Shown piece after piece: positions 13,866 through 27,400 of a stretch of 64,000 nt of DNA. A program made the position numbers and the translations under genes. Below the pieces are notes generated by a model. That model was not told where the DNA came from, searched no databases, and was given only the letters and a program-made list of their open reading frames with translations. How positions within the stretch are numbered: the stretch's first letter is position 1; each line of letters begins with the position of its first letter. This stretch comes from Antedon mediterranea. Its lineage: Eukaryota > Animalia > Echinodermata. The stretch is taken from positions 23,543,432 through 23,607,431 of the forward strand of contig NC_092679.1 in the NCBI RefSeq assembly GCF_964355755.1. Reading direction: 5' to 3'.

Positions 13866-14160
13866 TATTTTTTTTTTTTTTTCTCTTTTGTGGCGTTAAC
13901 CACTATTTATTCATTTCATTTCATCAACAGATTAATACAATTATTTCTAATAATAATAATAACTATTCATTGTTATTCTTACTTTTGTTTGGTTTGGTGT
14001 ATTTATATATATATATATATATTTTTTTATTTTTATTTTATCAACGTTACTGTTCTTGGAATCAGAGCATTATTTCTTTTCTGTTATCCACTTTTTTCAT
14101 AATTTTCTAGTATTTTTTTTGTTCTATAATTCTCAACATCTAACATTGTGAACACTTAAC
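13866..14160 (-). mobile_element. Degenerate LINE 3' end with poly(A) tail
   Basis: A T-run followed by tctttt-gtggcgt-aa-ccact-tttattca, shared with 44574-44760, which also follows a T-run. Confidence 0.45.
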
Positions 14161-14431
14161 TAATAAATGTACTGTATGAGATACATTTACTAATGTTGTA
14201 TAGTTATTTTCGGTAGTATTTTTGACATACAATTCATTTATACCCTATATACAGATTATATACATTATTTTAAAATACGAATAAAAAAAACAAAAACAAA
14301 AATATTAAAAATGCTTTTCTTACTCCTGTGTCTAGTTTTATGTCTCATGGTTATATTTGTTTGCTTATCTTCTCGTGCGTTACTTATGTTGCGTTACGTT
14401 TCTTTTTTGTTTTCAATATTAATTTATACAA

Positions 14432-14882
14432 TTTTTTTTTTTTTTATTTATATTTCATATAAGGTAAAATGAAACTGCCTATGTGTATTATACAACATTA
14501 TTATGTAATATATTTTAAATAATCAGATTCACATCAATATAAATTATAATAGGTGGTTAAGGTAAGATCTTTTGTTTTTTTCCGCCATAAAAAGACGAGA
14601 CAATGATCCGGTCCATTTGTTTACATTTTTCAAAGTATGTGCCTTGTAAACGCTAAAGCATCCAATAGAGAACATGTGGTCTACATATTTGTTTCCTGTA
14701 CCTAGTACAATGTTTCGATAATTTGCCTCGATCCCAAATTTGTGCATGGTGTAAACGTTAATATATTCCCATAAGGGTTTTACTTCAGTGCATTCATAAA
14801 AGAAATGGGCATCATCCTCTACTACGTTGCATTGTAGGCAAGTATCTGTGTTTCGCGTATTTTGTGTCCATCGCGCGCGCAT
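14432..14882 (-). mobile_element. 5'-truncated L1/Tx1-like LINE fragment (C-terminal zinc knuckle)
   Basis: The ORF carries C-x2-C...E..H....C....W (TCLQCNVVEDDAHFFYECTEVKPLW), followed by a 3' UTR, AATAAA and an A-tail at about 14432-14450 on the minus strand. Confidence 0.75.
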
Positions 14883-17301
14883 GATAGGATATCATATTTT
14901 ATTATTTTACTTTCAAAGTTTGAGTGCATTCATTATGAACAAAATTTAAATAAAAATATAGTTTATAACTTACACTTTGTCGTCTCAGAAGGAATAATAT
15001 GCCAACAAGCATTTTTTCTTTATTTTGCATTTATATTTCGTAAATTTACATATTCGTTCACCAGAGCCACGCACAAAATGAGAACATATTTAAAAGCGCT
15101 CATATACACTTTCTTCTCGTGTTTACTTTATTCTCAACTTGCGTCATAAGTTAACACTATCTTTCCCTCTAATGCGTGTAGGTATGCGATGACCATATTT
15201 GGCATCGTCTTTTTTTGTATTAGAAACGCTCTGTCTGGAGTTTGACAAATTAGAATCCTTGTATACAGCGTCGGATACAATGTTTTGTAATGTTATTACT
15301 TGACGTTTATTGTGAATTATATTAAGTTATTAAGAACAAAACTGTATCTCGGAAATAGTTAATATACATTACAAGGGCCAAATGCCTATATTTATTAAAA
15401 TAAAATCGCAGGCCTACAGTAGACCTACAGAAGGCCTACTATACGGCCTATGTTTAAATCTCAATCAAATTTTGAATGACTTTACAAACATGCACAACAT
15501 AATTGAGCGGAATTTCTTGAACAAAACGTAAATCACGTGCCTCCCAAATTCTGGCCGACTTTTTTTTTTGCCAATTAGGTCGCTTCTCTGTACAATATAT
15601 ATAATCTCAAACCTTTATCTATCTCTATGCAGAGGAATTATTTCCATGCCCTATACTTTTCATTTTCGAAATTAGCCTATCTTCACTTTGCTTACCTTGT
15701 TTACGTTAATAGGTCTATTTGCTTAGATCAAAACGTCATGTCAACGCAATTATAATTGAATCATGATACGATTATAATTAGGCCTAATACAATGCACAAC
15801 AGCAGCGCGCACAGTGCATCAGTAAATCTATTAGTATTTTATTTTATTTTATTCAGTCAAAACCAACAGCGATAAATTCCGCCACTAACAGGTTTGAAAC
15901 ATAAAACAATACAACATCAAACACGGTTAACAATAAAATATTAGTAAGTTCTTGGCGTTGTACTAGGTCATTGCGTCATTTTTTTGGAAAACAAGCTACA
16001 GCGAACTGGTATCAAATTGTAATGTATCTCGTTTCGTTATAACAGTGCTAGGATGATCGTCTTACTAATTAGCGATCATATTCAGAAGGTCATTTATTAG
16101 ATCATAAATGTTTGACCTGACAATGTCACCAATTAGGCAGGGCAATACCGTGTTACCACCGACACAATTAATTATTACCAACTCGTTTTCAAAATAAAGG
16201 TAATCTATTTTGTAATTAAGGAGGAGCTGCATCACCTCCTCCCCCCACCCTATCCAGCGTGCGTATGCCTGACGTGTAGCACAGAACAACTCAACACATC
16301 ATTATTGAACAAATATTATTATTATAATCCGCTGTAATCGTTTAGCCTATCGTCGTGATGATCAGAATCGTAATTAATTATCTTAATTATCAATATAATC
16401 GTCATCGTAATACATTTCTTAAGTAATTAATTTTAGAGAACAAAACAAAAAACAACGAATACAAAGCTAATTTAGCGGTTTTTTATTATTAAACTAAAAT
16501 GTAAAATTGGTACATTGCGGAAGTTGATTGTAGCGTAGACCTAAAGGACGATTATGTACACTATCGTAAAATTGAAGGCGTATTTACATCGTTCTTATGC
16601 ATGGAATCAAATACAGTAAAGTGTAAAGAGTCGAGGGTACACTGATAGTTCCACGGTCAGTGTCTGCACTCACCAGTGAGATATTCTACTTAAGCCAATA
16701 CATTTTTAAATATTTCTTTTAAGTGGTATATTTACTAATGAATAAATGTTAAGGGTGTTTCCTCACCTTAGTGGGAACGCAGGTTTAGACAAGATGGATA
16801 GGTAACATCTATCGATACGCGGGCTATCACTAATTCAATCATTCTTTATTCATGCTGTGGCGCAAACATTATTAAAAGAAGGTTGGTATGAAGAAACGCA
16901 TCGACAAAATCGAAACAAGTCTATAATAATTATATTGTTGGAAATAATATCGTGTGGCCACACACTTACATTCAATAACTTTTAACCGAAAGAAAAAACG
17001 GGTTTTACATTCGCTTCAGATTTTATAATCGTTTTGGTTTCGTTATGTTAAAGTTTAATTTACAATTGTTTACAAAATTAATAATAACAAATTACGATCA
17101 TACTTATTGACAGTTACGTATGTACAGTATGTAAACTACTTTCCCTCCAGATTGTTTGTTTGTTTTTGTTTTCTGTTTGAGAAAGTAGACACGTTTACGT
17201 AGAGTGAAGCATGGACTTGTATGATATTGAGTAGGCATAATTGTGTACGTATATCCGCAATTTCAGCCTCGTCAAAAAGAAACTCCTTTTTCAAACATCA
17301 T

Positions 17302-19633
17302 TTACAAAGCCAAGACGTAGTTTAATTTGAACGCATGTGGTTTGTGTGAGTCGTGGTCTCTGTTCATCTCTAGAACCAAACGGACTTCTCCGTCGTGTGA
17401 ATTGAATTCAAAATTGTTCTGGCCTTGTCTCACGGGACTGTCTTTCATACGATGTCTGCTAGTGTTTTCCTTCATTGGTTGTTTACCGTCCACTATCATC
17501 TCTTTACGATATCCTTTCAGTTGGTATATCTTAATTCCCATGTGTTGTGGATCAATGAAACATCTGTAATTAAATTTACTCATTGTAATTAAATGTATTT
17601 AGTAATTTTATTTAAACATTTCTCCTACGCAAACAAATGTGTTGCTGGCTGTGAGCGTGTATAAATATAATCCTGGCGTACGGTACATCATATTCAAAAT
17701 GCCTAAAATAAATACCGGTATCTTTTAAATAAATACGATTATTTCTTTTATGATATGTAGGAAGTTTAAAAAATATAATTGCTAGATATAGAGGCTGTAG
17801 ACAAAGATAGTGGCATGCTACACAACCTCTGGCATCTTATAAAAAAGATTGTTTTGAACTTGGAATTTCAATTATAGAAACATTATTAGATACAAGCCAA
17901 TTATCTGAAATTAATAAAAACACAATGTAATTTTACTATGATGATGATTTAATAGCTTGTGTGAACCATCATGGAACGCTAGTAATTATATAATATACTG
18001 TCTATTGAACGCCATGTGACCCACAATCGTCCAATCAAATGACATGAATCTATTTAGGAGTTATATAATAATCATTTTATACCACATCTTTCACCAACAC
18101 CAACATCATAACTATTGATTGCAATGAATGTTAGCCTTTTGACTTACTTGAAATCATCACCAGTTTTCCCATATTTGAATCTGACCTCGATTGACCCTCT
18201 GGGATTTGTCCAAAGTATGTATCCCCTATCAGCACTTAGTTCCACGTGATCACATGGGTTGAATCCACTGTGAAAACAATGATTATAGTTAATTTTTAGT
18301 TTCATTTACCATGTCAAACGCTACTATCGTAAATGGATTTTTAGGCAATAATATTCAAATAAATAGAATCAGTGTTGTTTATTGATATTAAAGAAATACA
18401 CTTTGTCGTCTCAGAAGGAGTATATATCAATGAGAGTTGCAATGAGACTTAACAAGCATTTTTCTTTATTTTAAAATCAGATAAATAAAAAAAAAAGAAG
18501 AAAAAAAAACAACAATATTTAGAATCAGTGTTCTATATTTATTGATATTAATAAAATTTATATCAACAGTTAACCTCTAAACAGACAATATCTGTATGAT
18601 AATTATTATGGATACAAGTGTCTATGGCTAAAATGAACCATTTTGACAACTATTAAATATATTGATTGTAAGATAGTTGAAATGTCAAGGGTTACTTGCG
18701 GTTAATATACATGTATACTTAGAACGAATCATAATGTCATGGCACATTCTTCTGATGAGCTCAAAGTACTTTTACTAACATGATCATAGCGGCTGCTTGT
18801 AGTTTAATTAGTTTTGTTAGCTTTGAAATAGTTAGTAGGGGATGAGCCAAATTGAGCCGATTTGATATTAATTACACACAGTTTAATAGAAAAACTAAAT
18901 AACATATAGTAAACAATAAACTCTCACAGAAAATAAGGGACATAAAGTTACAAACTCTTAGTGATCGGTTAATTTCTAATTGAAAGAAAAAAAGTTTTAT
19001 AGACAAACTATATAATAATTTTAATAATTTGCTTGTTAACCTGGACATAGTAGTCCTTAACTATGAGTCAGATTATCCCCACCGGTATCAGAACATTACA
19101 ATACTACGGTAACGGTAATAGGAAAAACAAATAAATCACAACATAAATAGAATATAAGGGAATGTCAAACTTGTAGTGATTTCTAGAAAAATAGTGTTTT
19201 TCTTTTTTCAAAATCCATGTAAAGTTTTATCAAATGTATATATATAAACCCCAGTTTAAAACAATTTAATCAAATCCATGTAAAGTTTAATAAAATATAT
19301 ATATATAAACCCCAGTTAAAAACAATTTCTGTAAACATTTATATAGGTTCACTCCGATTCGTTTTGTAATTGTCGATTCTGTACAAATGCTATATGCCTT
19401 GTAGGCTTTACCTTTTCTCTATATACTCAAATAGCATAATTAAAATAGTACAAATACTACAGACCTTTTATGAACCTGAGCAAATGGTAACCAAAGAAGA
19501 GTTTGTCTGTTAACTATATTGACTGTAGAGTGGTATATAAGAATGGATTTTGGTAAACTCACTTCTTCCGACTGGCAAACAAGTCGTTGCACTCATCCCC
19601 TCCCATACTCAAGCACAATTTCACTCTAAGCAT
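17302..19633 (-). CDS. Putative 3-exon protein of about 150 aa resembling the meteorin/METRNL N-terminal (CUB-like) domain
   Basis: Exons 19563-19633, 18148-18267 and 17302-17563 join in frame (phase 2/2) with canonical splice sites. The translation DECN...GF...HVELSADRGYILWTNPRGSIEVRF...FKCF...GIKIY...FNSHDGEVRLVLE...KLNYVL parallels meteorin V.L.C..G...WMYP.GAL.V...G.NIY...F....G.LF.E...FQYEL. The 5' end is uncertain. Confidence 0.6.
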
Positions 19634-22600
19634 CTAAAACTGCTCTATATAACACCATTTTCTTTTCTTCCTACCTTTCTTGAGCCAAAAATCTACTAGA
19701 AGATTTCATTAGTCGAATGGCAGGGTCATCGCCTGCCCGTAAAGTCAATACGGTATCTTTATCCCAAGAAGCATCCAGGCATCGCAAGTCGATAAAAAAC
19801 TTTGGCACATTTGGTGGAATAAACAGCCGACTCATACCTCTTCCAACTCTTAACACAGTTTTAATGCAAGCTTAAACCAGTTTGTAAAGTATGCCTAAAC
19901 TTGAGTAAATATGCTAAATGTCTTTTCCAATAGATATGTCATCTAAGTTTAAGAAAACTTCGTATTTAAATTTAGGTTCGGTATAGTTGTTTTAAAACTG
20001 ACATTGAATTTCTTGAAGCTTGTGATGTAATGGAGCAGCTGTTTAAAACATAAAAGGCGCTACCAAACGACCAAAGTTATTATGGACAAAATAATACAGA
20101 GGGAGGAACGGCAGTAAACGGAACTGTAACGGTACCATTTAAATACTTTGTTTGTAATTAATAGTAATAGAATTGTAATTTTATTAATGGTTCGATCGAT
20201 CTTCCATAATAATATGGATTTAATGTTATTTCATGTGTTTATTTTGTTATTTAATTTGTTTTGAAATAACTATTCAAGTAGCTTTGTGTGTCATAGGTCA
20301 ATTGGTCATACTGTACTTACAGTAGTAGGCCTATTAATATAAATTAGGCTTGCAAGACGTCAGAGTATGGCAAAGATCGGACCAATTAAAATAGTAGTTC
20401 ATATCCGTAGTATTTTAATAAAATTTAACAAATTATAGCAAACTGTCAATCCGTAGGTTAACATTATATTAACTAGAGTTTTATATCATCAACACCTGAA
20501 CATAAGCTATATAGGTCTATTCTAGTTATCCTATAACTGCAGTTAGGCAAGTTATGGATCAATGCCTTTTAATGACCATGAAAGATGAGGGGTACAAATT
20601 ATATTTACTGAATTAATTATTATGATCTGGTAAGGACATTCTATTCAAAAGTACCACTCCCACTGAACCATTTCTACCAATGGGCAAACTTGTTTTATAG
20701 TTTTCAGATTGACTAATCATATCTCTTGTTGTATAGAACTCATTAACATTTAATTAATCACTTTCTTTCACGTTTCTTATGGCGCGCTATTGAGGGGGCT
20801 CTTCATAAAAATAAATTGCAGGCAACCAAGTCGTTGAAAGAAATAATTTAGGTTAGAACTAGTTTGCTATACCATTTTAGAAAGGAGGCGCCATGCAGAT
20901 TACCTATGGTGGGGATCTGAGATGAGATACATTTCACCAGAGAAAAAATGGATAAACATATACTGGCAAAATGCACTAGCCTACCTCCCACCTCATAGTA
21001 TTATAAAACATCTAATGTGGACCCGCATAGCCTCCAATATTACGTTGTAACCGATAGTAAGTACTTTTTTCTCATTCATCGTCCGGAAGAATTAGTCTAG
21101 ATCAGTTTCAGATTTTTCGTATCGTATACTGCCTCTACTACTAGTAATACTAGGTCTAGCTTAGGTAATAGTTGTCTTGTAAAATCTTTTAACTTCAACT
21201 TCGGCTTCTGCATGAGAAAACTGAGAAATGAGAAATTAGCGCCCTCAATGGCTTATGATTTATAATACATGTCTCTCTCGCTCTTATATATATATTATAT
21301 TAAACATACATTTTCATTATTCAAACACTAACTGTAATGGTCTTCTCGGATAAGGACTATAAAAGCTAGTGATCATAACTGAGCCCTATGGGAGAACAGT
21401 CTTTGACTGAAGAAGAGGTCACCCAGTATAGAGAAAAACAACATTAAAATGGTCAGGGATTCCCTAATATGGTATTATAATTTCGGTTTTACAAACATTT
21501 AATCAATTATGTGTCTGAATGTTCTAATATTTATTATAATTTGATTGTGTTTACTGTAGGCCTACCCACGACTCCCAATACGAACTTTATGGAGGAAAAC
21601 AAAACGTTTCAAACGTTATATAAGGCTTTATATATAAAACATGAACGCATTCAAATTGAAATATTTTATTTTTAATGTTGGTCATACACATTGACAGGTA
21701 ATAGGCTAAGATATGCTAAGTTGTTACAAAATCAAACATCCATCGACTATCGCATCATTGATTGGCTGAGCCTTCTTTAAGCCGTGTTAATTGAATCAAT
21801 TCAATATCATTATATAGAACGTGTATCAATCATTATGACACGTTCATTACCAAAAACAGGTGCTAATTATAACAGCTATCGTCGATGTGAACGATTTATT
21901 ACCACACTGCAGAGGAACTGTATGCATCCATTATGCTAGGCCTACATCAACCTGAATCTTAGTTCACAGAATCACATTCATTTTAATAGTAATTTAAGTT
22001 AAACTCTTTTTTTCTTTAGTTTCTTCATTAAATTAACACTGAACACACCGCACCGCAGCCGTGTAAGTGCATTGTCAATAAATCACGCTGATAAATGTAT
22101 TACGGTACATCTATCAGCATACATTTGGGTTTCGCAGTACGCAAAGCAAGGACGACGACGTAAACGCAATCACGACGCTGTAAATCATAGCGTCGTCATA
22201 TTACTTTTTTTGTGTCGCATTTACGTCCTAATGGGAACCAAGTATTAACATTTCATAGGCCCATGTACTTTGATTAGCTTTTAAGAAACATTCCATCTAA
22301 TAATAAATGCGAGTAGGCCTATGTTTATGAACGCATGGAGAGGCTCTGATATTACGTTACACAACTCACAGTGGTTGTTCACAAGCTGTCAACATCTTAC
22401 ATACCTTAGGCCCAAAATATTTATTAAAATCACCAAGATGCGTCATTCATTCCTAATGTCAAAATATTGTTATGTATAAATTAGGTTTCATTTTTGTTTT
22501 CCTTTTTCATTATTTCATTTTTTTTTCTTTTTCATTATTTCATTTTTTGCTACGATACCGGGTACTGCATTCTAATCATCAGAACATATTTATAGGCATA

Positions 22601-24487
22601 AAGTAAAAGGACGTATGAAGGCATATAAATCAATTTGAAACGTTGCCGATCGCCAACTCGAAATAATTAAAGTTTTTTCAATAGCTACTAGTAGCTGTAT
22701 TAATTTGGTTCAATCGCCTCGAAATGTGTAATGTTATTAATTCGCCTAAATACAAATAAATAAAAAAAATAGTTACATTACAAACATACGATAAAATAAA
22801 ATAATATATCCCACGTGTGGATATTAGTAGTACACGTATTTATAATTGGCCTAAACATTAACGTTCTATTATTGTGATTTGTGCGATCGAATTTCGATAG
22901 TTTTATCGTATTCATTTGGAAGCATTCAGACGATATATTTATCAAGATAATATATAGCTTCATGCATAGGCCTATTATAAGCCTTGGTATGAAGGGGATT
23001 GTTTTAATTACCAATGTATACATCATACTGCGTGTACTATGTTGGCGTACATTAAATGGAACGTTGCCAATGTAAATGATAATGTAATATAATAATGAAT
23101 AGAACACCGTGCTAATAAACTAAACGGATTCCTTCTATTAATACAAATAATTCATTACATTACATTTGTATATAATAAAAACACTCATGAAAAACCTCTG
23201 ATTGTGGAACTGGCACTAATTAAGTAAATATAGACAAATGAACGGAGGATGAGTATATATTTTATCCAGTAATGATGGTAAATAAAAAAACCTCTTACCT
23301 GACGCTAAGCCTTCCTCTACCCTCATCCGATAAAATTTTTATACTCATTTTTGTTTATAATAAACCGTTTAAATCCACGTATAATGAAAAGTTGCTTCTC
23401 ATAGAAACTATGATGCAGTAAATCCAAATGTTGAATTAAATATGCTCACTATAATTCATGCACATGATTCACAAGCGGCGCATGTTTTACACTACAATCA
23501 TCGATTCGCGATTGGCAACAAGTCATACATCAAAATCCGAATACCTCAAATGCCTACGTCACTTCAATATTGTCTTCACGTATTGTGGTCGTCATCGTCC
23601 CTTAAGTTATCCGTCCAAACCAAAATTGACCAATTAACAATCAGAGCATCGTGGTTTTTCGTCATATTCTGCCCACAGTGTCTCCCGAACGAACAGCTAA
23701 GCAATCGGATGAACAATAACGTCGTGATCGGATCATTCCTACGAATTAATTAGGTTTTGCTAAATATAGTCATGGGCCATACCATAATAGAAACCCCCCG
23801 GGGAGACTTCCAGAAATTCCTAAACAATATTAATAACTTTTGCAAAGAGGGAGCACTTTTGATGCATCATACGAACGCCGTCAAATAGGTTTCTCGTTCC
23901 ATTCGTAAATTGCATAGATTTAGTTTTTTGACTCCACAGCTCACTATGTCGGTCGGTCGGTAAACACTATTAGAGTTGTGAATAGTGAAGAAATTGATCT
24001 GGTTAGGTGTATTCAAATTTCTACACCAAGTGGGAAAAAATCATTTGTTTTGTGCGTTTTTTGTGCCGTATAATTATATGGAATATTTATTCCGAAATAA
24101 AGTAAATATCAAATATGCGAGTGGCACAAAGACATATGCATACATAGGCTTAATAGTGCAACGGTAATTCCGTGATGTCTTAACTGAATTAATCAAGAGC
24201 TTAAAATGCTTTTGTATGTAATTTACATACCTCATAACTCATTTCTTCATAATTTGTTAATTTTCAGATTTTGTACTGAAGAGCGTAAGAATAATACAAA
24301 GTAAAGTGAGTTTGAAAAAACTTTCAATTATTTTATTTCCAATTACGATATTACAATTACAATATATAGCTGCCTAAATTCGTTTATATTATATGCGTTG
24401 TTCGGCTACTCAACTATATAGGTCAAATGAGTATTTTAATTCCGACCGATGACGTAATTTTAATCACGACCGATGACGGGATTCGTC

Positions 24488-27400
24488 TTAAAGCTTAACA
24501 CACATTTCCATCAGCTGAAAAGAAAAAAGATATCAAATTAGAAATTTTCGAAAAAGTATTGTCAATCATTTGACCCAAATCTCAGACATTTGATCTTGCG
24601 TCTGGCTGCGACAAATACTAACAGTACTGTGTACATACCGTGTCGCAGGCAAAGAAAAGCCCTTTGATTTCCGGAGCTCAGCATCTACTACAATGTGCTC
24701 CAGTGGAAGAACTATTTTGTATAGATAATTATTACGTATGAAAACATATACTTACATCTTCAATCGTAAGTGCCACAGATTTCTCATTCGACCCACCAAG
24801 CTTTTCAAATTTCTCTGCAATGAATATAGATTAACAATAAATTCAATGTATGAAGTGGAATACCAATCTACACACTGGTCGGGCTAATAGTGGAATCACC
24901 AAGCGCCACACATCGGTGGGGCTAATAGTGGAATAGCCAAGCGTTATATAATGGTCGGTTTAATAGTAACTTACTAATAACGTATCGAAGCTTTGAAACC
25001 ATGAGGAAAAATTCGTCGTATGTAATCTTATTGTCACTGCCAACGTACCGACTCACTAGGTGCTGCAATATGGTGTCACTGGTTTTAAGACCTGAAAGAG
25101 AAAGTAATATTTATTTCTTATGTGTGTTTTCATATCTTTATACTGTAAAACAATTGTATTAGGCCCTACAGTGCGCAGGCCTAGGAGTGGTTGAAGCCGT
25201 CGCCTAAAACATACCTGCTCGTGATAAAGCATCTCTCAACTCGCTCGCATCAAGAGATTTACTGTTGTCTTTATCCGATTGTAGAAACGTCATCTGGAAA
25301 AATCAATACGATTTGGTTTAAATAGAAGTTGTAGAACCCATTATAAATAAATAATGCATTATGTTGTATACTTACGTCACAATAGAATGACAACGCCCCA
25401 ATGGCCATGCCTTCATTGACGGAAAGTGTTCGAGAATCGTCGTCCTATTAAGAAGGTTAAGTTAATCTAATCTAGTATAATACATAAAAAGGTTTCCAAG
25501 TATATCTTGGCGACAGTTGCGCTTATGTCCCTTGCGTGGTGTCCCTATGTGTGAACCAAGGTTTAGGCTAATATGCATTTAGTACAAAAGGATACGTCAT
25601 ATAGAGCGGCGATAGCTGCGGATGTTTCGTGTGAAATATCAATAGGAATTATTTCTGAAAGAAAAAATAGAATATATATTCAAACTTTCCATTTAAATTA
25701 ATTAATGTAAAGTAATACATTGCATTAAAAAAAATGCTACATACGTTCCTTTTTCCAACCTGCGAAAAACGCATCTAGCTCCGAGTTGTCCATTAAGCCA
25801 TCCTATAAACAAAAGAGTAAAACGGTATAAACAGGCAAGAGTGAAATAATATAACAGTCTACTTTATTCTTTTCTACTTACCGCACCGGCTTTTTCTTTA
25901 AAGAAAGATTCAATAATCGATGACATCATAGGATCAAGATCGTCAAACTGAAATTAAAATTAACATTTACAATACAGTACAGAAGTATACACTATTAAGA
26001 AGTACGGTATAGGTTTTACTATTTATTTCGTTTCATTATAGTCCATAGCTTACATTTTTCGTTAGTGTTGGTGTGTAGACGGTTATGCAACTTGCCGATC
26101 TAAAAGAAATCACAATTTAGTAAAGACCATATAATATTAAAACAATAGGCCTATATATTCTTATGTGTGAACCGTAGCCCCCAATGTGAACGGACGCCTA
26201 CAGAGCTCAACCAAAGCTGTACGGATTATTTATTTGGTAGATGAAATCGCCCACCCACAGTCCTATATTAGTCTATACTTACGCAGTCTTGGAAGAATAT
26301 CCAGCGAAGAAACGCAACAAGAACGGAATTTCTTTGTTCTTATTAAACGTTGATGGAATGACGACGTAGTTCCCCGGATCTAGAGTCATGAACAGATTAA
26401 TTTCTCGTATTCCCTCTTTGTGTACAATTGAGTGAAGTGGTTTGTTGTTTTGAAGAAACTTGCTGTCGATTGGAGAGTCTTCAGTCTGTTAGCAAATTGG
26501 AAATTCATCAGTTGGGAAATGTGTAGTTTCGCAATATTCGTGTATGCATAATTAGCAATATTCAGTACGCAATTCGTTTTCAAGAGATCGCCATTACCTT
26601 GTATACATCGAGACCAATGTTATATCCATCCCACGAAGTTTCTTGTCTGCCTCTTCCAACTGCCATCAGAGAGACGACCACTAAATCACCATCATCGTCA
26701 ACCTTTATATTGTATTGGGGATTGTTATGGAAATCTACAAGACACAAATACAGATATATATTTTTCGGTAAGTCTACATTTTTGTTTTTTATATTGTAAT
26801 TTTATAAATAAAATCAAAAGTAATAAGCAACTGTTTTTGTAAATAAATTCCTGTTTTGTACAAATTTTCCAAAAGAATAATCATAATATCAGTCGAATAT
26901 TCCAAATTGTTTTATGACCTTTTGAAGCAAGCTTTTGAGCGTTCTTTTGTAACATAGCAAATTCGAATAGGATGGTATGGATCACTTACTTTCTTTGTTA
27001 GCCTCATAACGTCCCATTGCAGTCGAACCCTTCTGCCACTTATTGAAATGCTCGGTTACAGTCCAGTTTGACTCCTTTTCAGACAGCTCCGGTGGAACAT
27101 GGAGAATCCTTAGCTCTTTGAATCTTTTCAGAACATCTTTGATATCCATCCTTAACAAGTATTGGAACAATTTAAATGATACATGGAATATCATGATAAA
27201 AAACAGAAATTAGGCCTAAATGGTTTAATTAGTATACTATTTACCAAAAATCGCCATCTACTTTGCTTTTTATTTTAAACTCTTCCTTGATTTCAGCACT
27301 CAACGACTTCATCTCTTTCGACCTGAAATGTCCAATGAGGTTTTTTTTTTAAAATGGTACACTAGCTAGTTTTTTTTTAACCTTCCTTTTCGTGCGCAAG

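Noticed and set aside
16065-16289. 74-aa minus-strand ORF
   Set aside because: It has no recognisable motif, no ATG start at the called position and no convincing splice partners.
19671-19856. 61-aa minus-strand ORF as an upstream exon of the meteorin-like gene
   Set aside because: It would need a 49-nt purine-rich intron using the second AG, and it has no recognisable motif.
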